A stretch of 63,209 bases of DNA, counting the filler, from Desulfonatronovibrionaceae bacterium (GTDB lineage Bacteria > Desulfobacterota > Desulfovibrionia > Desulfovibrionales > Desulfonatronovibrionaceae): NCBI GenBank assembly GCA_046539845.1. It is 5 parts of 5 records of this genome, joined end to end, with 100 filler letters (N's around TTAATTAATTAA, not from the genome) between each part and the next. Parts side by side here need not be neighbours in the genome. Positions count along the whole stretch, not along the records: positions 1 to 14,147 come from JBKHGE010000050.1; 4 more parts are not named here. One strand, written 5' to 3'. The position numbers and the translations under genes were made by a program. Shown piece by piece: positions 1 through 7,793 of this stretch (within the stretch, counting starts at the first letter, position 1; every line of letters starts with the position of its first letter). The notes beneath the pieces are model-generated. The model was not told the DNA's origin. It ran no database searches and was given only the letters and a program-made list of their open reading frames with translations.

Positions 1-2
1 AG

Positions 3-281
3 GCTCTGGAGATCCGGCCTTTCCCGGGACTGAATTTCATGGAGCTGTATAAGGGGGATATAGACGCCTGGGCCTATGAAGAGAATGTGGCCATGTGGGT
101 GAGCGGAGTATACGGCTTTGACAGCTCGGACTATGTCCCGGTGTATACCCTGACCGAGGCAGAACTCTATTACGCCTTTAACCGCGATATAAAGGAGGAA
201 GTGGTGGCCGCATTGCAAGAGGCCTTGGACGAGGTCCGGGCCGAGGGCGGATACGAGGAGGTCATAAACCGGTACCGCTAG
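3..281 (+). CDS. ABC-type (family 3) substrate-binding domain protein, 5'-truncated at window edge
   Basis: Frame open from position 3; PBP family-3-like C-terminus GDIDAWAYEENVA...LYYAFNRD...LQEALDEVRAEGGYEEVINRY. Confidence 0.75.
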   Translation, partial: ALEIRPFPGLNFMELYKGDIDAWAYEENVAMWVSGVYGFDSSDYVPVYTLTEAELYYAFNRDIKEEVVAALQEALDEVRAEGGYEEVINRYR

Positions 282-298
282 ACAAACGCTTTGCATTC

Positions 299-421
299 GA
301 CATAAATAAGATAGCCGCGGACACGTCCAGCACAGTGGCTGAATCCCGAGAGGCAGTAAATGAACTCTCTGAGCTGACCCGGGATCTGGAAGGGATTATC
401 ACTGCGATGCGCCAGGTATAA
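299..421 (+). pseudogene. Orphan C-terminal tail of a methyl-accepting chemotaxis protein
   Basis: Manual translation DINKIAADTSSTVAESREAVNELSELTRDLEGIITAMRQV* resembles an MCP C-terminal methylation helix; no ATG ahead of it since the in-frame TAA at 179-181. Confidence 0.55.
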
Positions 422-451
422 ATACGGGCTAAAGACTGGCTGCTTGGATGA

Positions 452-486
452 TAAAGGCCGGGGATAAGTCCCGGCCTTTAGTTTTT
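452..486. terminator. Intrinsic terminator-like hairpin between convergent units
   Basis: TAAAGGCCGGG/CCCGGCCTTTA 11-bp stem followed by GTTTTT. Confidence 0.65.
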
Positions 487-488
487 GC

Positions 489-565
489 TGGTCGGGAAGC
501 CCGGATTCGAACCGGGGGCCCCCTGCTCCCAAGGCAGGTGCGCTACCAGGCTGCGCTACTTCCCG
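489..565 (-). tRNA. tRNA-Pro(TGG)
   Basis: Minus strand CGGGAAGTAGCGCAGCCTGGTAGCGCACCTGCCTTGGGAGCAGGGGGCCCCCGGTTCGAATCCGGGCTTCCCGACCA; cloverleaf, TTCGAA T-loop, anticodon TGG, encoded CCA. Confidence 0.97.
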
Positions 566-600
566 GAAACCAACTTTTGTATTCCCCGGGAAATAGGGTG

Positions 601-1404
601 TCAATCGTTTTTTGGCTCAGCCGTCCCGGGTGCGAGCAGCTCGGACATGGCCGGGTGCAGTCGGGAATTGGTGGCCAGAATATCCCAGTCTCCCGGGGTA
701 TAGGGCCTCCCGTCAAACCGGGACACCCGCCCGCCCGCTTCCTGGACCAAAAGCATCCCGGCCGCGATGTCCCAAGGCTTGAGCCCGATTTCATAGAACG
801 CGTCATAGCGCCCGCACGCAAGATAGGCCATGTCCAGGGCAGCAGCACCGGGCCGGCGCACCCCGCGGGCTGCTGTCAGTACCCGACCCAGGGGGGCTAA
901 AACCTCATCTATATCTTTGTCTATTGTATATGGGAACCCAGTGGCCACCAATGCGTCTTCCATCTCTGCGGTATTTGTGGTGTAAATCGGTTTTTGGTTC
1001 AAAAAGGCCCCTCCGCCGCGTACGGCGTGGAAGGTCTCTTTCAAAAGGGGCAGGTGGACCACGCCGATTCCGGGCCCAAAATCATCCCACAGCCCGATAG
1101 AAACAGCCACCATGGGGATGCGGTGGGCAAAATTGGTGGTCCCGTCCAAAGGATCGATTATCCACCGTAGGTGGGAATCCGTGCTACCCCCTCCCGCACT
1201 CTCCTCGGCCAAAAAATCCGCCTGCGGGAGGACCGCCCCTAGTTTTTCCTTCAAGAATTCCTCACAGAGGGTGTCTGTGTCCGTAACCAGATCGATCCGC
1301 CCTTTTTTGCGTATGTTCCGGTCTTCTCCCCATTTCTCCCGGATGATTTCCCCGGCCTGTTCAGTTATGCTTATTGTTTGTTCTGCAAGGCGACTGTAAT
1401 CCAT
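601..1404 (-). CDS. suhB: Inositol monophosphatase family protein
   Basis: Motifs DLVT, LAEES, WIIDPLDGTTNF, PWDIAAG; ATG at 1404. Confidence 0.92.
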   Translation of the reverse strand: MDYSRLAEQTISITEQAGEIIREKWGEDRNIRKKGRIDLVTDTDTLCEEFLKEKLGAVLPQADFLAEESAGGGSTDSHLRWIIDPLDGTTNFAHRIPMVAVSIGLWDDFGPGIGVVHLPLLKETFHAVRGGGAFLNQKPIYTTNTAEMEDALVATGFPYTIDKDIDEVLAPLGRVLTAARGVRRPGAAALDMAYLACGRYDAFYEIGLKPWDIAAGMLLVQEAGGRVSRFDGRPYTPGDWDILATNSRLHPAMSELLAPGTAEPKND

Positions 1405-1686
1405 ATTTTCCCCCTGGTTCAACTGGACTCCCCGCTGGCCTTTCAAGCAGGCTCGTTTACTGGGTTACCGCTTACCGGGCATTTGCATACCGGTCAACAC
1501 GGCTCCGGCCATCCCGCCCCTAAAAAAGGGTCCTTCAAGGAAAAAAGATTTTAAGAAGCAGAAAAAAATTCATATCAACACACCGAAATAAAAAACAATG
1601 TTAAAAAAGCCTTTCCCCGGGCTGATTCGCAGAATCAAAGATACGGGGCTTATCCCTGGGTTCCCGGACAAATATTTTCTTGACAA

Positions 1687-1706
1687 TTTGTTTATTTTTT
1701 CACAAA
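1687..1706. promoter_or_regulatory. Rex-type operator 1 upstream of sat, next to TTGACA (1680-1685)
   Basis: TTTGTTTATTTTTTCACAAA resembles the Rex palindrome TTGTGAA-n4-TTCACAA; Rex control of sat is known in Desulfovibrio. Confidence 0.7.
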
Positions 1707-1760
1707 GCTTGTTTGCCAGCAACAACATGGTCCGGGATAGTCTTGACAGGATGCCCCGGT

Positions 1761-1780
1761 CTTGTTACTTTTTGCACAAG
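1761..1780. promoter_or_regulatory. Rex-type operator 2 upstream of sat, downstream of TTGACA (1743-1748)
   Basis: CTTGTTACTTTTTGCACAAG, a 20-nt imperfect palindrome over the likely -10 region. Confidence 0.55.
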
Positions 1781-1869
1781 CAATTTGGGTGCAGGCGTTA
1801 GTGGGCCACGGACAATTTAAGGGGTCCGCAATATTTTGGTAGTAACGTCTAAAAGAAAGGAGACAGCAA

Positions 1870-3123
1870 ATGGCTGAAATTGGACACGGCGGCAAAGAAA
1901 TCAAAGAAAGGATTTTGCAGCCCAGTGAAGCGAAGGAAAAGATAAAGGGACTTACCCAGATCCCGGTCAACAGGCAGATAGCCAATGAGATCATCAATAT
2001 TTCCTATGGGTTTTTTACTCCCCTGGAAGGTTTCATGGGCAAGGATGACGTGGATTCCGTGGTCAAGAAGATGACCCTGGCCGACGGGACCATCTGGTCT
2101 ATTCCCATCCTGTTCGACCTCTCGGATCAGGAAATCAAGGATTACGGCGTAGAGCCCGGAAAGAGCGTTGTTATGACTTATCAGGGCAACCCCATGGCCC
2201 TTTTCGAGGTAAACGACGTATTCGAATACGACAAGTCCGAGATGAACAAATCTGTTTTCGGGGTCGATGAGATGAAGCACCCCGGATGCAAGCGGATTTA
2301 CGAAACCAAGGACAAATTTGTGGGTGGAAAGATCACTCTGCTCAAGGAGCCGACCATTAACGAACCCTTTGCTCCGTTTTTCCTGCCTCCGCTCAAGATG
2401 CGCCAGGTGATCAAGGAGAAGGGCTGGTCCCGTTCTGTTGCCCATCAGACCCGCAACGTTCCCCATACCGGCCACGAATGGCTGATGAAGGGCGCATTTT
2501 TCCAGACCCTGGGCGATCTTTCCGTGGAGAAGCCCGAAGTTGGGGTTGTGGTCAACGCGATCATCGGCGAAAAGAGAGTCAAGGACTATATTGATGAGGC
2601 CATCTTGCTCTGCCAGGACGAACTGGAAAAGGCAGGCTACTTTGGCCCGCATAATCACCTGACCTCTCTTACTTTCTGGGATATGCGGTATGCTGGTCCC
2701 AAGGAAGCCATCTTCCATGCCATCCTGCGGACCAACCTGGGCATCACCCATCACATGTACGGCCGTGACCACGCGGGTGTCGGGGATTACTACGGCGGAT
2801 ACGAGGCACACCATCTTTTGGACAGCGTACGAGGCAAGCTGGACATTACCCCGGTGTACTCCATGAACTGGCTGTACTGCCCGGTGTGCTCGGAAATCAC
2901 CAGTGAAGGTCTGTGCAACCACAAGGATAAGCAACAGAAATTCAGCGGCACCTTGATCCGCAGTATTGTTACCGATGGTGTCAAGCCTCCGCGCCTTATC
3001 ATTCGTCCGGAAGTCTTTGACAGGATCATGGAATGCGCCGAGAAATATGGAGAGGGTTCTCCGTTTGTCACTGAGGAGTATCTGGAAAAGAGAACGCCGG
3101 TCTTCAACATTGAAGCACTGTAG
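1870..3123 (+). CDS. sat: Sulfate adenylyltransferase (ATP sulfurylase)
   Basis: QTRNVPHTGH (QxRNxxHxxH), MRYAGPKEA, GRDHAGVGDYY, C-terminal CPVC...CNH; RBS AAGGAG; upstream of aprBA. Confidence 0.97.
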   Translation: MAEIGHGGKEIKERILQPSEAKEKIKGLTQIPVNRQIANEIINISYGFFTPLEGFMGKDDVDSVVKKMTLADGTIWSIPILFDLSDQEIKDYGVEPGKSVVMTYQGNPMALFEVNDVFEYDKSEMNKSVFGVDEMKHPGCKRIYETKDKFVGGKITLLKEPTINEPFAPFFLPPLKMRQVIKEKGWSRSVAHQTRNVPHTGHEWLMKGAFFQTLGDLSVEKPEVGVVVNAIIGEKRVKDYIDEAILLCQDELEKAGYFGPHNHLTSLTFWDMRYAGPKEAIFHAILRTNLGITHHMYGRDHAGVGDYYGGYEAHHLLDSVRGKLDITPVYSMNWLYCPVCSEITSEGLCNHKDKQQKFSGTLIRSIVTDGVKPPRLIIRPEVFDRIMECAEKYGEGSPFVTEEYLEKRTPVFNIEAL

Positions 3124-3146
3124 TCCAAAACTAGGAGGTTTAGAAT

Positions 3147-3443
3147 ATGGCAGCTAAGAATCCCATTTACGTTTGGGTAAATGAAGAGAGGTATAAGCAG
3201 CTGGAGGATGCCGGGCTGGCTGATCAAACCGAGGAAAGACTGGCGGGTCTGAAGGTGTTGGTCGTCAACGCCGACGACGAGCAGGCGGCGACCATGGTCA
3301 GGGAGTTCGGGGCCAAGCACGACACTTCCACGACCGGCAGCATCGAGCTGCTTCCGGCCAAGGTCAAGGACAAGATCTTTGAGAAAGTCGTGGAGAAGCA
3401 GAGCCTGGATGTTGTTGGCGACGTCCTGAAGGAATTGACATAG
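3147..3443 (+). CDS. Small protein of unknown function co-transcribed with sat (98 aa)
   Basis: Strong AGGAGG RBS, 23 nt after the sat stop, clean ORF followed by a hairpin. Confidence 0.85.
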   Translation: MAAKNPIYVWVNEERYKQLEDAGLADQTEERLAGLKVLVVNADDEQAATMVREFGAKHDTSTTGSIELLPAKVKDKIFEKVVEKQSLDVVGDVLKELT

Positions 3444-3447
3444 TTAC

Positions 3448-3480
3448 TTCCCGTGCCGGGGGAGAGCCCCGGCACGGGAA
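3448..3480. terminator. Hairpin after the sat operon
   Basis: TTCCCGTGCCGGGG/CCCCGGCACGGGAA 14-bp stem. Confidence 0.6.
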
Positions 3481-3663
3481 AAATATAAGCAGACTGCAAA
3501 CGCCCACCCGGCTGTTGAGGCCGTGCGATCTTGCCAAGTCTCCTGCCAGGGGCAAAGCCGGGTTCTGAGAATAGCTCGAAGCAGACCGGAGCAAGGCCAG
3601 AATACGGTCTGGCCCCGGAAAGAGAAAGCGTTTGCAGAGCTTGATACAAAATTCACTTTCTGC

Positions 3664-3693
3664 TTGACAAGGCTGAAACGGCCTTGCTAGCTT
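3664..3693 (+). promoter_or_regulatory. Sigma70 promoter of aprBA
   Basis: TTGACA (3664-3669), 18-nt spacer, TG-n-TAGCTT extended -10 (3688-3693). Confidence 0.55.
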
Positions 3694-3834
3694 TTGCAAT
3701 CCCCTACCATGAAAGTGCTTTAACTGGGAGTGAGGGGTGGAGCCCGTCTTTAAAGGGAGTCTTTTAGCGGCTCCCAGGCATAGTCGGGTTGGTTGAGGAC
3801 TGGAAATTTTAAAACTATTATTAGGAGGAACGTT

Positions 3835-4338
3835 ATGCCAACCTTTGTTAATCCGGAAAAGTGTGACGGCTGCAAGGGTGGAGACAAGACCGCATGCATG
3901 TACATCTGCCCTAATGACCTGATGATCCTCGATCCAGAGGAGATGAAGGCATACAATCAGGAGCCTGATGCCTGCTGGGAATGTTACTCGTGCGTGAAGA
4001 TCTGCCCCCAGGGCGCTATTGAAGCCCGTCCCTACGGTGATTTCGCCCCCATGGGCGGTACCAGTATCCCCCTGCGCAGTGCTTCGGACATTATGTGGAC
4101 CGTTCAGTTCAGGAACGGGAATATCAAGCGCTTTAAGTTTCCTATTCGGACGACCGAAGAGGGCTCCATCAAGCCTTTTGAGGGTAAGCCCGAAGGTGCG
4201 GATCTGGAAGACGAGAAGCTTTTTACCGAGACCGATCTCAAGCCACCGAAAGAAGTGTTGAATCAGAAGTTTGAGTGCGAAAATGCCGACGTGACCCAGT
4301 GCTGGTTTGATCCCGGCTGCGGCGGCGGTAATCGGTAA
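3835..4338 (+). CDS. aprB: Adenylylsulfate reductase beta subunit
   Basis: MPTFVNPEKCDGCKGGDKTACMYICP...CWECYSCVKICP; AGGAGG RBS before ATG 3835. Confidence 0.98.
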   Translation: MPTFVNPEKCDGCKGGDKTACMYICPNDLMILDPEEMKAYNQEPDACWECYSCVKICPQGAIEARPYGDFAPMGGTSIPLRSASDIMWTVQFRNGNIKRFKFPIRTTEEGSIKPFEGKPEGADLEDEKLFTETDLKPPKEVLNQKFECENADVTQCWFDPGCGGGNR

Positions 4339-4371
4339 AACAAGCAAATAAATCTTTTTAAGGAGGATATT

Positions 4372-6399
4372 ATGGCTCAGATTCCCTCTAAAGGACAACA
4401 TATCGGCATTCCCCTGGCCGAGCCCGAAGTAAAGGAGATCACTACCGATCTTCTTCTCATCGGTGGTGGTATGGGTTGCTGCGGAGCAGCCTTTGAAGCT
4501 CAGCGTTGGGCCGAGCCCCGGGGATTGAAGACCCTGATGGTGGACAAGGCCGCGCTGGAGCGCTCCGGTGCTGTGGCTCAGGGTCTTTCCGCTATCAACA
4601 CCTATCTCGGCGACAACGATCCCGACGACTATGTGCGCATGGTCCGCACCGACCTGATGGGCATAGTTCGCGAAGACCTGATCTTTGATCTCGGCCGTCA
4701 CGTCGACGATTCCGTCCATCTCTTTGAAGAGTGGGGCCTGCCCTGCTGGATCAAGGACGAAAACGGCAAGAACCTGGACGGCGCGACCGCGAAGAAAAAG
4801 GGCAAGTCCCTGCGCAACGGCGACTCCCCGGTACGTTCCGGTCGCTGGCAGATGATGATCAACGGCGAGTCCTACAAAAACATCGTGGCTGAAGCCGCCA
4901 AGAACGCAATCGGCGAGTACCGCGAGGAAGGCGGCAAGGCCCAGGGCTACCTGGAAAGGATTTTCATCGTTAAGCTGCTCATGGACGCCAACGAGCCCAA
5001 TCGGGTTGCCGGTGCGGTTGGTTTCTCCGCTCGGGACAACGAAGTATACATCTTTAAGTCCAACGCCATGCTCGTGGCCTGCGGCGGCGCGGTCAATGTG
5101 TACCGTCCCCGGTCCACCGGTGAGGGCATGGGCCGTGCCTGGTACCCGGTATGGAACGCCGGTTCCACCTACACCATGTGTGCCCAGGTCGGCGCAGAGA
5201 TGACCATGATGGAAAACCGCTTTGTCCCCGCCCGTTTTAAGGACGGCTACGGCCCGGTCGGCGCGTGGTTCCTGCTGTTTAAGGCCAAGGCTACCAACGC
5301 CAAGGGCGAGGACTATTGCGTAACCAATAAGGACATGCTTAAAGAGTACGAGGACAAGGGCTACGTGTCCGGTCCGGTTATTCCCACCTGCCTGCGTAAC
5401 CATATGATGCTGGAAGAGATGCGCAAGGGCAACGGTCCGATCTTCATGGACACGGCCACCGCGCTGCAGACCACTTTCGAGCAGCTGAGCAAAAAAGAGC
5501 AGAAGCATCTGGAATCCGAAGCCTGGGAAGACTTCCTGGACATGTGCGTTGGTCAGGCCAACCTGTGGGCGGCCATGAACATCGAGCCGGAAAAGTCCGG
5601 TTCCGAGATCATGCCCACCGAGCCCTACCTGCTCGGCTCCCATTCCGGCTGCTGCGGCATCTGGGTTTCCGGTCCGGACGAGGACTGGGTACCTGACGAG
5701 TACAAGATCAAGGCGGACAACGGCAAGGTCTACAACCGCATGACCACTGTAAACGGCCTGTGGACCTGCGCTGACGGTGTTGGTGCCTCCGGGCATAAGT
5801 TCTCCTCCGGTTCTCACGCCGAGGGACGTATGGCCGCCAAGCAGATGGTCCGCTGGTGCGTGGATCACGCCGATTACACCCCGGCCCTGAAGGAAGACGC
5901 CGAGACTTTGAAGAATATGGTTTACCAGCCCTGGTACACTTATGAAGAGAACAAGGACGTCTCCACTGCTCCGGATATCAATCCGAAGTACATCACCCCG
6001 CGTAACTTCATGATGCGTCTGTGTAAGACCACTGACGAGTATGGCGGCGGCTGTGCTACATACTACAACACTTCCAAGGCCATGCTGGAGACCTGCGAGC
6101 ATCTTCTGGACATGCTGGAAGAAGATGCGGGTAAGCTGTGCGCCCGTGATCTGCACGAACTCCTTCGCGCCTGGGAGAACTACCATCGTCTGTTCACGGT
6201 TCGTTTGCATGTTCTGCACATCAAGTTCCGTGAAGAGACCCGCTATCCCGGATTCTACTACCGTACTGACTTCCCCGGCCTTAATGACAAGGAGTGGAAG
6301 TGCTTTACCAATTCCGTATACAATCCGGAGTCTGGCGAGACCAAGTTCTTTAAGAAGCCTTACATTCAGGTCATCCCTGATCCCAAGGCTCCGCAATAA
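4372..6399 (+). CDS. aprA: Adenylylsulfate reductase alpha subunit
   Basis: FAD motif IGGGMGCCG, RSGAVAQGLSAIN, WQMMINGESY, GHKFSSGSHAEG. Confidence 0.98.
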   Translation: MAQIPSKGQHIGIPLAEPEVKEITTDLLLIGGGMGCCGAAFEAQRWAEPRGLKTLMVDKAALERSGAVAQGLSAINTYLGDNDPDDYVRMVRTDLMGIVREDLIFDLGRHVDDSVHLFEEWGLPCWIKDENGKNLDGATAKKKGKSLRNGDSPVRSGRWQMMINGESYKNIVAEAAKNAIGEYREEGGKAQGYLERIFIVKLLMDANEPNRVAGAVGFSARDNEVYIFKSNAMLVACGGAVNVYRPRSTGEGMGRAWYPVWNAGSTYTMCAQVGAEMTMMENRFVPARFKDGYGPVGAWFLLFKAKATNAKGEDYCVTNKDMLKEYEDKGYVSGPVIPTCLRNHMMLEEMRKGNGPIFMDTATALQTTFEQLSKKEQKHLESEAWEDFLDMCVGQANLWAAMNIEPEKSGSEIMPTEPYLLGSHSGCCGIWVSGPDEDWVPDEYKIKADNGKVYNRMTTVNGLWTCADGVGASGHKFSSGSHAEGRMAAKQMVRWCVDHADYTPALKEDAETLKNMVYQPWYTYEENKDVSTAPDINPKYITPRNFMMRLCKTTDEYGGGCATYYNTSKAMLETCEHLLDMLEEDAGKLCARDLHELLRAWENYHRLFTVRLHVLHIKFREETRYPGFYYRTDFPGLNDKEWKCFTNSVYNPESGETKFFKKPYIQVIPDPKAPQ

Positions 6400-6408
6400 A
6401 GAGCACCG

Positions 6409-6441
6409 GGCTGCGGGCCGAAAGGCCCGCAGCCTATTTTT
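6409..6441 (+). terminator. Hairpin between aprA and qmoA
   Basis: GGCTGCGGGCC-GAAA-GGCCCGCAGCC followed by TATTTTT. Confidence 0.65.
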
Positions 6442-6543
6442 AACTATGGATGGTCTAAGCCAAAGCCGGCCCAAAGGAGGGGCTTGTTTGGGCTTAGGCC
6501 ATTTTCGCATAGTGTATCAGGCTACTTAATGAGGGAGGAAAAT

Positions 6544-7788
6544 ATGTCCAATAGTATTCTGGTTGTCGGCGGCGGTTTCAGCGGTATTACAGCCGCGCTG
6601 GAGGCAGCTGAAGTCGGTTACGAGGTGTATATTGTCGAAAAAGAGGCGTATCTAGGAGGGCGGGTAACACAGCTGAAGCACTATTTCCCTAAGCTCTGTC
6701 CTCCCACCTGCGGGCTGGAGATCAACTTTCAGCGCATCAAGAAGAATCCCCGGGTCAAATTTTTTACCATGTCCGAGGTGGTGTCGCTCCAGGGTGAGCC
6801 GGGGAACTATGAGGCCAAGCTGAAAATCAGGCCCAGATACGTAAACACTAATTGTACGGCCTGCGGTAAATGCGTGGAGGCCTGTCCGGTAACAAGGAAA
6901 AGCGAGTTCGATTTCGGCCTGAGCGAGACCAAGGCCATTTATGAACCCCATCCCATGGCACTGCCCCTACGCTATGTGATAGACGACAGCGTATGTCAGG
7001 GTTCCTCCTGTGCCAAATGCGTGGAGGCCTGCCCGTACGAGGCCATTGATCTTGAAGAGAAAGAAAAGGAGATGACCCTGAATGTGGGCTCTGTTGTCTG
7101 GGCCACCGGCTGGAAACCATATGATGTCACCAATTTGACCAATCTGGGCGCCGGAGAGATCAAAAACGTTATCAGTAACATGCAGATGGAGCGTTTGGCT
7201 GCGCCAAACGGACCGACCGAGGGCAAGGTCCTCCGACCTTCGGACGATAAAGAGCCGCAAAAGATTGCTTTTGTCCAGTGCGCCGGTTCCCGGGATCAGA
7301 ACCATCTCAATTATTGTTCCTATATCTGCTGCATGGCTTCTTTGAAACAATGCACCTATATCCGTGAACAGTATCCGGATGCAGAGGTCGTGATCTACTA
7401 CATAGATTTGCGGGCTCCCGGCCGGTATGAGAAGTTTCTGCAAAACATCCAGGATGACGAAAAAGTTAAAATGGTTAAGGGCAAGGTGGCCAAGGTGGAA
7501 GAGGACAAGGCCAGCGGCGATGTAGTAGTCACTGTTGAGGATATAGTCGCCGGCCTGAAGAAGGAAGAGAAATTTGATATGGTCGTTCTGGCCACCGGCA
7601 TGCAGCCGTGCGCAGCTGGTGAGACATTGCCTGTTCAGGCCGATGTGGATGAGGAAGGTTTTGTAATCGGTGGAAAGGAGAACGGCATCTATGCGGCCGG
7701 ATGCGCCAAGATGCCGCTGGATGTTGTTACTTCAGCTGAAACAGCAACCGGGGCGGCCTTGAAAGCTATCCAAAAGGTGAGGAGGTAG
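6544..7788 (+). CDS. qmoA: QmoA (HdrA-like flavoprotein)
   Basis: GGGFSG FAD motif, YFPKLCPPTCG, FVQCAGSRD..CSYICC; position after aprA; ATG 6544 after GGAGG. Confidence 0.95.
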   Translation: MSNSILVVGGGFSGITAALEAAEVGYEVYIVEKEAYLGGRVTQLKHYFPKLCPPTCGLEINFQRIKKNPRVKFFTMSEVVSLQGEPGNYEAKLKIRPRYVNTNCTACGKCVEACPVTRKSEFDFGLSETKAIYEPHPMALPLRYVIDDSVCQGSSCAKCVEACPYEAIDLEEKEKEMTLNVGSVVWATGWKPYDVTNLTNLGAGEIKNVISNMQMERLAAPNGPTEGKVLRPSDDKEPQKIAFVQCAGSRDQNHLNYCSYICCMASLKQCTYIREQYPDAEVVIYYIDLRAPGRYEKFLQNIQDDEKVKMVKGKVAKVEEDKASGDVVVTVEDIVAGLKKEEKFDMVVLATGMQPCAAGETLPVQADVDEEGFVIGGKENGIYAAGCAKMPLDVVTSAETATGAALKAIQKVRR

Positions 7789-7793
7789 TCACA

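Noticed and set aside
3364..6510. 1048-aa minus-strand ORF
   Set aside because: Antisense shadow of aprBA caused by codon bias; no motifs or RBS.
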